A DNA stretch of 43,733 nt from Bacteroidales bacterium (GCA_031549585.1 JAVBPN010000147.1:1-43733), one strand, 5' to 3'; positions 30,519 to 39,448 are shown, counted from the stretch's first letter. A program made the numbers and translations. The notes: generated by a model from the sequence alone, not told the origin.

Positions 30519-31918
30519 TGGCTATATTATTTTACTTCCTCAAAGTCATTATTTGTTCCGCATTGTTTGCGGGATGTTATTGGTTCGTTTTACGCAACGA
30601 ACGTTTTCATCATTGGAATCGATTTTTTATCTTGGGTTCTGTAGTCTTGTCTGTGGTGATTCCGCTACTGAATATCCCGGTTGCGACATCGAATATAATT
30701 GTCTTACCACCGGCATATTATATCGCCAATGCGGCCATTGACCCTGTTAATGTAGGGGATGTATCTATTGCATCTTCCCTTCTTTGGCAATGGTTGTTGT
30801 TGGCGGCCTGTTTGTTAATCGCCCTCTTCTTTATTGTAAGGGAAACGATTTCTATTATTCGCATTGTAAGGCTAAAACGTAAATCTCAACAGGTTTGCAT
30901 AGCCGGAGCCAATGTGTTTTACACGGATGATGAAACTGCACCATTTACCTTTTTCCGAACGATATTTTGGAAAAAGGAGATTCCTTTTGATTCCAGCGAA
31001 GGCCAATGTATGCTTCGGCATGAGCTAGCACATGTTCACTTCGGCCATAGTTGGGATAAAGCTTTAATGCAGCTTGTTTGCTGTATTTTTTGGATGAATC
31101 CTTTTTTCTTGTTGTTACGTCGTGAATTGGAATTGGTGCATGAATTTGCGGCCGACCATGAAAGTATTGAAAAAGGCAATATTAAAGAGCTTTCATCCTT
31201 GATTTTATACAGATTATATCCTAATTATCGGACTGATTTTACCAGTCATTTTTTTCAATCACCTATTAAAAGAAGAATTGTCATGATTACCGATAACAAA
31301 AAAACACAGAGGGGATTATTACGCAAAATAAGCGTAGTGCCCGTAGTAATTATTTCATTATATCTATTTTCCATAAAAACAGAAGCTCGAGTGGTTACCT
31401 TGCCGGCATCAACAGAAAATACTGTTAAGACTTATTCCGTTGAAGCACCTGTACAGAGCGAGAGCTTTACGTCCGATATGAACGGAACAGAAAACAGACG
31501 GGTAGTAGGAATCCAGACTACAGAAACGGCTTTGCCTACAACATCTAACAGTCAAACGGACACAATAAAAGATGTTTCCAACAATGAACAAGTTTTTATT
31601 ATGGGAGAAGTAGAAAATATGCCCCAATTTAATGGGCAGCCTGCCGAACAAGGATTTAGACGTTATGTAGCCGAAAGTATGGTATACCCTGGTGAAGCTC
31701 AGGACAAGGGAATCGATGGAATTGTAGTGGCGGAATTTATTATCAAAAAAGATGGTTCATTGGATAATTTAAAAATCGTCAGTTCTGTTGATCCTCTTTT
31801 GGATAATGAAGTTTTACGAGTTATTTCAGCTTCACCCAAATGGACACCTGGTAAACATAAGGGAAATAATGTTGTGGTTAAATTGACTTTTCCGGTAGTA
31901 TTCAAGATTAGCCATTAG
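30518..31918 (+). CDS. M56 family (BlaR1-like) metallopeptidase fused to a TonB C-terminal domain
   Basis: HWNRFFIL, APFTFF, RHELAHV (HExxH), FWMNPF, HEFAAD; C-terminal YPGEAQDKGIDGIVVAEFII..KWTPG..FPVVF. Confidence 0.92.
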   Translation: MAILFYFLKVIICSALFAGCYWFVLRNERFHHWNRFFILGSVVLSVVIPLLNIPVATSNIIVLPPAYYIANAAIDPVNVGDVSIASSLLWQWLLLAACLLIALFFIVRETISIIRIVRLKRKSQQVCIAGANVFYTDDETAPFTFFRTIFWKKEIPFDSSEGQCMLRHELAHVHFGHSWDKALMQLVCCIFWMNPFFLLLRRELELVHEFAADHESIEKGNIKELSSLILYRLYPNYRTDFTSHFFQSPIKRRIVMITDNKKTQRGLLRKISVVPVVIISLYLFSIKTEARVVTLPASTENTVKTYSVEAPVQSESFTSDMNGTENRRVVGIQTTETALPTTSNSQTDTIKDVSNNEQVFIMGEVENMPQFNGQPAEQGFRRYVAESMVYPGEAQDKGIDGIVVAEFIIKKDGSLDNLKIVSSVDPLLDNEVLRVISASPKWTPGKHKGNNVVVKLTFPVVFKISH

Positions 31919-31973
31919 TCGTTTTTCAGTCTGGTCTATTTTTAGTAAAAAGCTGGGTGTCAAAAAGTATGGT

Positions 31974-32120
31974 ATAGTACAAAGGGAAATTAACGAAGGT
32001 AAATCTTGGTTTAACATCCGCAGTCAAAAACCATGTAATGAATGTGTTTATCAATGGCTTTGTCCACCGCCGTCAAACTATGAAATAGCCATGTACAAAA
32101 AGGTACACCATTCGAAATGA
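31974..32120 (+). pseudogene. C-terminal remnant resembling the pseudo-rSAM/SPASM protein of the GG-Bacteroidales peptide-modification system (TIGR04150-like)
   Basis: Manual translation IVQREINEGKSWFNIRSQKPCNECVYQWLCPPPSNYEIAM... with CxxCxYxWLCPxPSNYE; there is no room for the rest of the gene upstream. Confidence 0.7.
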
Positions 32121-32136
32121 TTATGGTAAAATCCTC

Positions 32137-32232
32137 CTCTGACAGGCCCGCCTGAACGACTTAGTCGGGCAGGGTCTATTGACCTCTGTCAGGGAGTGCA
32201 TGCCCTGTCAGCGGTCGCAGAACCTGACAGAG
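32137..32232. repeat. REP pair (CTGACAG..CTGTCAG type) with a nested 27-nt palindrome at 32147-32173
   Basis: CTCTGACAGG[CCCGCCTGAACGACTTAGTCGGGCAGG]GTCTATTGACCTCTGTCAGGG, then CTGTCAG..CTGACAG (about 32203-32232). Confidence 0.7.
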
Positions 32233-32346
32233 ACAAATCGAAATCTTAAAATAAATACAAATGAAATGTCCATGTACGAATATGCACCAACCGTAATGAT
32301 TATTAATGGACATTCCATGTGGCCTTAAAAAACAAATTATAATCAC

Positions 32347-33525
32347 ATGAAAAAGATATATTTTTTATTAGCGATTTTGTTGCTTTCACAGTGTAAGAAT
32401 AGTAGCAACAAGTTAGGAACAGATGATTTGGTGGAAATAGATATTTCAAAAGGATATCCTGAAAGAAAGCTATATATTCAAGATGTTGCAAAAATTGAAT
32501 ATATCCCGTTGGAGACCAACAATAATGCTTTAATGAAACTACAAACCACGGGGATTGTTCATGTTTCTGATAATTATATAGTTGCTGTAAGTTATCGCGA
32601 TGGTTATGTTTTTGTTTTCGACGGTAAAGGAAATTTTAAATATAGTTTCAATCATGTCGGCAAAGGACCAACCGAGTATGTGAACATTGGCAGTATTGTA
32701 TTTGATGAACAAGCAAAGGAAATATATATTTTTCAAGCGTATGTGGCTTTACCCAAATTTCTTGTATATTCTGAAACCGGCGAATTTAAAAGAATACTTG
32801 ATTGTCCTCCAAATTTAAAACCAGTGGATATGTACAATTTTGATCATTCCACGCTTCTTGTTTATGATGGATATGGACTGGAGACAAATACATCTTCAAG
32901 TAAACCGTATATGTTTATATCCAAAAATGATGGGCGTATTGATACACTGGACTTATATTTTCCGGACAGAATCTCACACTTAATGAAGATTGAAATGGAA
33001 ATCGAGGGGAAAAAACGTCTTATGACTTTTGGATTGCCCGATGTAAATAATCGGTCTTATGGGAAGAATTTCCTGATTGCAGAAAGATCTTCCGATACCA
33101 TTTACAGGTTAACTACACAAAAGAAACTACAACCCTTGATTGTTCGGAAACCTCCGGTACATGATTCGTATCCTCCTACAATAATAACCAATCACTTAAT
33201 CACAGACAGGTTTATATTTTTTGGTACAAGGTACTTGGATTTGGAGGCAGCAAAAAAAGGAAAAGCTCCCAGCACGGAAGAGTTAATGTATGATTTCGAG
33301 ACCGGCGAATTGAATGAACGCAAACTGGGGAATAAGGATTGCGAGGATTTAAGATTTTTCTTTTTTGATGCAAGAACTGCTGAAAATACGGGCGTTGGCC
33401 TCATTGATGTTCCAAGGTTATTCGAGTTGGACAGGGAGGGCAAAGTAAAAGGAGAATTGAAAGAACTCCTGAAGACACTTGATGAAGAGGACAACCCTAT
33501 TTTGTTGAAAATTACGTTTATATAA
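32347..33525 (+). CDS. 6-bladed beta-propeller lipoprotein (DUF4934/DUF5128-like)
   Basis: Lipobox LSQC; IEYIPLETN, VFDGKGNF, GKGPTEY and C-terminal LDEEDNPIL. Confidence 0.88.
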   Translation: MKKIYFLLAILLLSQCKNSSNKLGTDDLVEIDISKGYPERKLYIQDVAKIEYIPLETNNNALMKLQTTGIVHVSDNYIVAVSYRDGYVFVFDGKGNFKYSFNHVGKGPTEYVNIGSIVFDEQAKEIYIFQAYVALPKFLVYSETGEFKRILDCPPNLKPVDMYNFDHSTLLVYDGYGLETNTSSSKPYMFISKNDGRIDTLDLYFPDRISHLMKIEMEIEGKKRLMTFGLPDVNNRSYGKNFLIAERSSDTIYRLTTQKKLQPLIVRKPPVHDSYPPTIITNHLITDRFIFFGTRYLDLEAAKKGKAPSTEELMYDFETGELNERKLGNKDCEDLRFFFFDARTAENTGVGLIDVPRLFELDREGKVKGELKELLKTLDEEDNPILLKITFI

Positions 33526-33529
33526 AAAA

Positions 33530-33665
33530 CAAATTATTTGCAGTGAGCTTGTAAACTCGTTCCGTTCAACGTCGCCTATTTGTAATACATGTACTTACGT
33601 TTGATTAAATGTGCAATTAGCTTTGCTGAGCTGCGGTTCAGCCGCGGAGTAGCTTTTACAACCTC
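33530..33665. mobile_element. Degenerate, inverted and left-truncated copy of the cargo-type-2 MITE with two micro-insertions (33536-33559, 33619-33636)
   Basis: CAAATT[ins]TTCCGTTCAAC ... GTTTGATTAAATGTGCAATT[ins]TTCAGCC; TIR-like end GCTTTTACAACCTC. Confidence 0.7.
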
Positions 33666-33684
33666 AAAATAATATCATGCCATA

Positions 33685-34167
33685 TTAATTGGGTCTGGGA
33701 TTTGGCCCATTGGGATTACGGGTTCTGATCTTTTGCAATAAGTATGTGCGAAATTGTATTTCTGCAACATAAACTTTCATTACTTTTTCTGCTGACAATA
33801 CAGTCCGGAATTTCTTGGTATAAGCAATTGGCAATTCCGCTTCCTGCTGCTGAATATTGGTCAGCGTTTGCAGCATTTCGTCCCATTCATTGTTTTTGAT
33901 TTTTTCCGGTTCGTTCATGCTGCGATTAATGATATCTTCCCGCTTTTCAAACAATTCTGTTCTCTTTTGATCCATTTCATTATAGATTGGCCAAAATTGT
34001 TGGGCTTCTTCGGGAGTTAATCCAATTTTTTCAGAAAAAAAGGCGATTCGCTCTACTTGTACCATTTCAGGAACCCTGTCGCCCCTACGCTCCCGTCCGA
34101 AATTCTGTGCATTAGCGGACAGTGAGATAAAAAAGCACAATATCGTGCCAAGAAATAGTTTATACAT
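33685..34167 (-). CDS. Periplasmic Spy/CpxP-like helical protein in an ECF operon
   Basis: Signal peptide; ERIAFFSEKIGLTPEEAQQFWPIYN; VLSAEKVMKVYVAE; third gene of a sigma/anti-sigma operon. Confidence 0.75.
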   Translation of the reverse strand: MYKLFLGTILCFFISLSANAQNFGRERRGDRVPEMVQVERIAFFSEKIGLTPEEAQQFWPIYNEMDQKRTELFEKREDIINRSMNEPEKIKNNEWDEMLQTLTNIQQQEAELPIAYTKKFRTVLSAEKVMKVYVAEIQFRTYLLQKIRTRNPNGPNPRPN

Positions 34168-34178
34168 GTCTATTTGTT

Positions 34179-34616
34179 TTAATATGAATCATAAAGTGAC
34201 ATATCCGAATTAACAATATCTATTACATTGAAATTATCTTGTGCCAAAAAACGAATAATTTGTTCGTATTCCTCATCGTTTATTGATGTGTCTGCAAACA
34301 AATTTTCTTCGTTGGTATAGGCCATCTCTGCAAGTAATTCTATGCCATCCGACATATAAAGCATTTGATAATACAAGTCGTCGCTTTCATGCTGTTGTGC
34401 AATTTCCGGATTAGGCCTGGTAAATAAAAAAGTTAAAAAAATCAAAGCAACACAAGCTGCTGCCGAAGAAACAGTCCAATATATTTTCTTTTTGAATGGA
34501 ACTACTTTCTTTTCCTCAATACGATGGGTGATCCGGTCATACAGATTTTCAAAATATCCGTCCGGGACCGTAAATGATGGTTTATGATGATCGATTTGAT
34601 CGATGTTTGTTTTCAT
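34179..34616 (-). CDS. Putative single-TM anti-sigma factor
   Basis: FTVPDGYFENL N-terminal motif, one TM (SAAACVALIF), acidic C-terminus; lies downstream of an ECF sigma. Confidence 0.75.
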   Translation of the reverse strand: MKTNIDQIDHHKPSFTVPDGYFENLYDRITHRIEEKKVVPFKKKIYWTVSSAAACVALIFLTFLFTRPNPEIAQQHESDDLYYQMLYMSDGIELLAEMAYTNEENLFADTSINDEEYEQIIRFLAQDNFNVIDIVNSDMSLYDSY

Positions 34617-34771
34617 TTGCTTATGGTTTTATAAGAGGTCAAATGCTTCCCTTTGTGATTCTCCGTTTATGCGATTTATACTATCGTTAAGTTATTTATA
34701 AAGAACACTACTAAAATTCAAATACGTGTGATGCAATGCTTAATTTTTAACTCTTAATTCTTAATTTAACA

Positions 34772-35317
34772 CTACATGGTTTGTTTTAAATAAGCCTCGA
34801 TTTTTTTGGTAGCCAAATGATAAGAGGCTTTTAATGCTCCTACCGAAGTGTCAAGTATTTCCGACATTTCTTCGTATGGAATATCTTCAAAGTACTTCAT
34901 GTTGAAAACGATTCTTTGTTTTTCCGGTAAGGTTAAAATCGCTTTTTGTAATTTCATTTGGATCTCGTCTCCTACAAAGTACGAATCGCTGCTCAACGAT
35001 TGCATCAATTGCTTTTCGACATTCACCAACGGCACAAGATATTTATGCCTCCGTTGGTTCAGAAAATTAATCGCTTCGTTGGTTGCTATACGGTATAGCC
35101 ATGTGTATAATTGAGCTTCCCAACGAAAATTTTCCAATCCTGTCCACACCTTTATAAAGGCGTTCTGCACCACATCATCTGCATCTTCATGTGTGACGAC
35201 GATTCTACGGATGTGCCAATACAATGATTGTTTGTATCGTTCGACAATTTGCTTAAAAGCTTTTTCCCGACACCCGTTCCTTAAAAGAGCTAACAAATCT
35301 TCATCACTACTACTCAT
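34772..35317 (-). CDS. ECF-type sigma-70 factor
   Basis: LYWHIRRIV..HEDADDVVQN, LYTWLYRIATNE, LPEKQRIVF, YEEMSEILDTSVGALKASYH. Confidence 0.95.
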   Translation of the reverse strand: MSSSDEDLLALLRNGCREKAFKQIVERYKQSLYWHIRRIVVTHEDADDVVQNAFIKVWTGLENFRWEAQLYTWLYRIATNEAINFLNQRRHKYLVPLVNVEKQLMQSLSSDSYFVGDEIQMKLQKAILTLPEKQRIVFNMKYFEDIPYEEMSEILDTSVGALKASYHLATKKIEAYLKQTM

Positions 35318-35340
35318 TGTGAGATGATCGTTTTATTTAT

Positions 35341-35367
35341 TTGACTTATTTATCGATCAAAGGTTTA
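35341..35367 (-). promoter_or_regulatory. Candidate ECF autoregulatory promoter (TAAAC-N17-GTC)
   Basis: Minus strand TAAACCTTTGATCGATAAATAAGTCAA about 25 nt upstream of the sigma ATG fits the generic ECF AAC-N16/17-GTC layout. Confidence 0.5.
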
Positions 35368-35453
35368 ATTGGGAAAACATATTTTTGATAAATCATACGC
35401 TTTTAGCAAAAGAATCAATACTTTTGTAAGATACATTAGATGATCGGTTTCGA

Positions 35454-38400
35454 ATGACAATCAAGCGCAAGTTAACAAATTGGTCGCGACAAATCAAACG
35501 AAAGTTGCATATGCCGGGCATGTCATTCCGGCTCTTGGCTATTATCTTCGGTTTATTGTTATTTGGAGAATTGGTAGAGAGAAACATTTTGTTTCCCAGG
35601 TTCAATAAAAACCATGCAGAAAAGGTACAAAAAATATTTGCAAAGAAAGAGAAACAACTGCTTGAATACATGGATATGGCGGCGAATTGTGTCGACCAAT
35701 CGCAGGAAGAATCATGCTTGATCGATTTGCACCATAAATTCGAGCAAAAAATGAATAAACAGGGAATGTTCCTGTTTGTATATCAAAACGATAGTTTAAC
35801 TTATTGGTCGACAAAAGATGTTCCGGTAGCTCCTCGTTTTTCAAAATCCAACCTAAGCAACAGATACGTCCACCTGAATAACGGCAGGTATATTTCTTTT
35901 GTGATCCATCAAGACAAATGCGAAATAGTTGGCTTATTGCTAATCAAGCAGGTATACATTTATGAAAATCAATACCTCCAACCGGCGTTTCAAAAAGCTT
36001 TCAATTTGCCTGCCAATGTTAAGATATATCCGGGACCCATGGAGGGGAGTTTTCCGATTACCGATCACAATCAGCAATTTGTTTTTTCATTGATTTTTGA
36101 TAGCACATGTTTCTATCTATATCAAATCTATCTTCCGGCTATTGCTTACTTCCTGGTTATATTGGTGTTCTTTGTATTGATAGACAATGTTTTCCAAAAG
36201 GTAAAAAGCCCTCTACATAAAAATATTTACCTCCCTGTTTTGGCAATTGTGCTGATTGGAGTTCGTGCCTTAATGCAATATTGGCATTTTCCGGGTGTAT
36301 TTTATCAACTGCCATTTTTTGACGCTCGCCATTTTGCATCGCAATGGTTTTCTTCGTTAGGAGATTTAGCGTTGTGGATTCTTTTTATCAGTTTTTTTAT
36401 ATTTGAATTGTGCCGAAACTTGAGATTTCCCATCTACTATGAACAACGGTGGAAATATTTTGCCAATATAGGTGTCTTATTAGCAGCTACAATTCTTGGC
36501 TTTTTTGGCATTCATGTTTTATTGAAAGCGTTGGTAATCAATTCACACGACTTATTTGAAATGCCCAGTAGGTCATTGTCATTCAGTGGATATAGTATTC
36601 TAGGACACAGCATTATTATTATGATCATGCTTGCGTTTTGTTTGCTATTGAACAAGGCTTTATTGTTGTGCAAGCACGAATTGAATTTTAGGCAATTTGC
36701 CATTTTTTATGTCATTACCCTTTCCATAGTGATCATTGGTTGGAGCTTGTTTGGCATGTCGATTAGCTTGTCTGCAATTTTCATCTTAAGCTTGGTTGTG
36801 TACATTTTAGCTACTGTTCATTTGAATAAGTCGGGGAAAATTAAATATTCCCATTACGCGATGATTGTTTTCGTTCTGGCAGCCTATGTCACTGTTGTGA
36901 TCAATCGTTACAGCACAATCAAATATGAAAATGAAAAAAAGGTAATTGTTACCAATTTGGCCACGCAGCATGATCCGGTTACTGAATTTCTGCTTAGAGA
37001 GATTTCCGAAAAAATCATTTCGGATAATGAGCTTACAGATATTGCCTATGATAAAACTCAAGATCAAGAAGTACTCGAATATTTAGTTCGGAACTTTTTT
37101 AATACCTCAGCTTGGAGTCGTTATGATTTTCAATGTGTGGTTTGTAGCGATACCAGCCAGCTGATGGTTGTCGGCCAACAAAGGCAGGAAATGCCTAGTT
37201 GTATTTCCTATTTTAACAGAATGATTACTGAGAAAGGTTCTAAGCTTGCCCGTTCGGAATTCTGGTATATCGACAGGTTAGGTAACGGATTGGCTTCGTA
37301 TCTTGGTTGGTTTCTTAAAGAAAGAGCTGGTAAAGAGCCGGTATATATTTTTATTGAATTGTGGGTAAACCCGCTTTCAGAAGATGTCGGATTGGGATAT
37401 CCCGGTTTATTGCTTGATAGCCGCAATATTAGTATTGGGATGAATTTAAAAGACTATTCGCATGCTAAGTATAACAACAATAGGAGGATATCTCAGTTTG
37501 GAACATATCAATACAATTTGGCCGGAGATATATTTCAGACAAACAAAAGCGATTACCATGTCGTATATGCCGATGGGTTAGAGCATTTAGTTTACCGGCC
37601 GGATCAAAACAACATTGTTGTTTTGAGCTCTCATTCAATGAAATGGTACGACCGGTTGATTAATTTTTCGTATATCTTTTTCTTCTACTTTGTAGTCGTA
37701 TCGTTTTGCTTATTGTTCTTTTACCTGCCCGCTAAAAAAAGAGTGATTCAGTGGAATTTTAAAAATAAGATACAATATACAATGATTGCCATGTTATTGG
37801 TATCATTTGCAATCATTGGAATCGGAACGGTATATTATATCAATCGGCAATACCTGAATAAACATCAGGATATTATTACGGAAAAAATGAAGTCGATCCA
37901 TGCCGAATTGCAAGATATCATTGCGGTTGAAGGAGGGATCAATCGTATGCTGGAATCCGGCGAAAATGGAGTTATCACAGATTGGTTAATCAGCTTGTCG
38001 GAACGATTTTTTATAGACATCAATCTGTATGATGTGGATGGACAACTTATTGCAACATCAAGGCCGGAAGTATTCGAGAAAGGGTTAGTCGGCCGTCAAA
38101 TTAATCCCGAAGCTTTCATCCAGTTGGAATTCGACCGAAAAGCATCTGTTATTGAACGGGAAAGTATTGGAAAGTTGAGTTATATGTCTGCTTTTGAGCC
38201 TTTTGTTAATATTGACAACCGCGTTACTGCATTTCTGAATTTGCCTTATTTTACGCAACAAGACAGCTTGACGGAAGAAATATCGAATGTGATTGTGGCT
38301 ATTATGAATTTCTACCTGTTCATCACCGTATTAGCCATTATTATTTCGGTGGTTGTGAGCAATCAAATCACCCATCCGTTAAATCTATTGCAGGACAAAT

Positions 38401-39221
38401 TCCGGAATATCCAATTGGGGGAACCGAACGAACCAATTAGATACGATAGCAATGACGAAATTGGACAATTGGTTCGAGAGTATAACCGGGCTATTGAAGA
38501 ATTGGCATGGAGCGCCAATCGTTTGGCGCGTTCCGAACGTGAGTCTGCTTGGCGCGAAATGGCCAAGCAAATTGCCCATGAGATCAATAATCCGTTGACG
38601 CCTATGAAACTTAGCGTACAGCACCTAAAACGGGCATGGGATAATCAATCGGAACGTTTTGACGAATACATGGAGAAAATTTCGCAATCGTTGGTTGATC
38701 AAATAGACAATCTGTCATCGATTGCTACAGAGTTTTCAAATTTTGCCAAGATGCCGACTCCACAAAATCAGAAAATCGATATCATTACCAAAATCAACAA
38801 TGTGGTGCCTTTGTTTGCTGTTGGCGAGAACAAAAGAGCATTTTATGTGGATTTCCATGGATTGGAACACGCAGAAGTTTATGCTGACAAGGAACAAATT
38901 TCACGTGTATTTATCAATTTATTTAAAAACGCCTTACAAGCCATTCCTAAAGAACGGAAAACAGAGATACATGTGGACGTTTTAAAGCGCAATAGGAAAA
39001 TATGGATACGGGTTAAGGATAATGGCTTGGGTATTCCTGAAGACATGCAGAAGAAAATATTCAGGCCGAATTTTACAACTAAATCAAGCGGCATGGGATT
39101 GGGTTTGGCCATCGTCCGCAATATTATTGAAAACTCAGGTGGAACTATCACTTTCAAAACAAAATCAGGCAAGGGTACTTCTTTTGTGTTTTGGTTGCCT
39201 GAAGTCCGAGATAACAAATAG
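35454..39221 (+). CDS. Large multi-TM sensor histidine kinase (NtrY-like HAMP-HisKA-HATPase C-terminus)
   Basis: NDEIGQLV (HAMP), AWREMAKQIAHEINNPLTP, NLFKNALQA, DNGLGIP, FTTKSSGMGLGL. The start could be 35511. Confidence 0.92.
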   Translation: MTIKRKLTNWSRQIKRKLHMPGMSFRLLAIIFGLLLFGELVERNILFPRFNKNHAEKVQKIFAKKEKQLLEYMDMAANCVDQSQEESCLIDLHHKFEQKMNKQGMFLFVYQNDSLTYWSTKDVPVAPRFSKSNLSNRYVHLNNGRYISFVIHQDKCEIVGLLLIKQVYIYENQYLQPAFQKAFNLPANVKIYPGPMEGSFPITDHNQQFVFSLIFDSTCFYLYQIYLPAIAYFLVILVFFVLIDNVFQKVKSPLHKNIYLPVLAIVLIGVRALMQYWHFPGVFYQLPFFDARHFASQWFSSLGDLALWILFISFFIFELCRNLRFPIYYEQRWKYFANIGVLLAATILGFFGIHVLLKALVINSHDLFEMPSRSLSFSGYSILGHSIIIMIMLAFCLLLNKALLLCKHELNFRQFAIFYVITLSIVIIGWSLFGMSISLSAIFILSLVVYILATVHLNKSGKIKYSHYAMIVFVLAAYVTVVINRYSTIKYENEKKVIVTNLATQHDPVTEFLLREISEKIISDNELTDIAYDKTQDQEVLEYLVRNFFNTSAWSRYDFQCVVCSDTSQLMVVGQQRQEMPSCISYFNRMITEKGSKLARSEFWYIDRLGNGLASYLGWFLKERAGKEPVYIFIELWVNPLSEDVGLGYPGLLLDSRNISIGMNLKDYSHAKYNNNRRISQFGTYQYNLAGDIFQTNKSDYHVVYADGLEHLVYRPDQNNIVVLSSHSMKWYDRLINFSYIFFFYFVVVSFCLLFFYLPAKKRVIQWNFKNKIQYTMIAMLLVSFAIIGIGTVYYINRQYLNKHQDIITEKMKSIHAELQDIIAVEGGINRMLESGENGVITDWLISLSERFFIDINLYDVDGQLIATSRPEVFEKGLVGRQINPEAFIQLEFDRKASVIERESIGKLSYMSAFEPFVNIDNRVTAFLNLPYFTQQDSLTEEISNVIVAIMNFYLFITVLAIIISVVVSNQITHPLNLLQDKFRNIQLGEPNEPIRYDSNDEIGQLVREYNRAIEELAWSANRLARSERESAWREMAKQIAHEINNPLTPMKLSVQHLKRAWDNQSERFDEYMEKISQSLVDQIDNLSSIATEFSNFAKMPTPQNQKIDIITKINNVVPLFAVGENKRAFYVDFHGLEHAEVYADKEQISRVFINLFKNALQAIPKERKTEIHVDVLKRNRKIWIRVKDNGLGIPEDMQKKIFRPNFTTKSSGMGLGLAIVRNIIENSGGTITFKTKSGKGTSFVFWLPEVRDNK

Positions 39222-39378
39222 TAGAGAGAATGGGGTTTTTCGTTTATCGGGAAAAATCGGGCGTTTACCGGATGTAATCCTTTTTTTGAAGAATTAATAT
39301 TATTGATTACAAATTCAGGCGATAGCTTTGCTACGTTTTGATGAATCTCGTTCTCGATTAAAAAAGCAAAAACATTTT

Positions 39379-39427
39379 AAAAAACAAGAAAACTTTTTTT
39401 GTTTTTTGCGTTTTCATATTACCTTTG
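39379..39427 (+). promoter_or_regulatory. tetR promoter (-33 TTTG 39398-39401; -7 TACCTTTG 39420-39427) with an overlapping imperfect IR
   Basis: AAAAAACAAGAAAA-c-TTTTTTTGTTTTTT (39379-39407, one mismatch); low complexity, so the operator role is tentative. Confidence 0.55.
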
Positions 39428-39448
39428 CCGCGAATTTTTAATCATAAA

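Noticed and set aside
8995-33665. REP hairpins with variable inserts read as a CRISPR-like repeat-spacer array
   Set aside because: The copies are dispersed rather than tandem, the inserts are built from shared hairpin modules rather than unique spacers, and there are no cas genes in the window.
34740-34768. Short heptamer-like run (TTAATTT/TTAACTC/TTAATTC) after the ECF sigma stop
   Set aside because: Only about four degenerate AT-rich units; no function can be supported.
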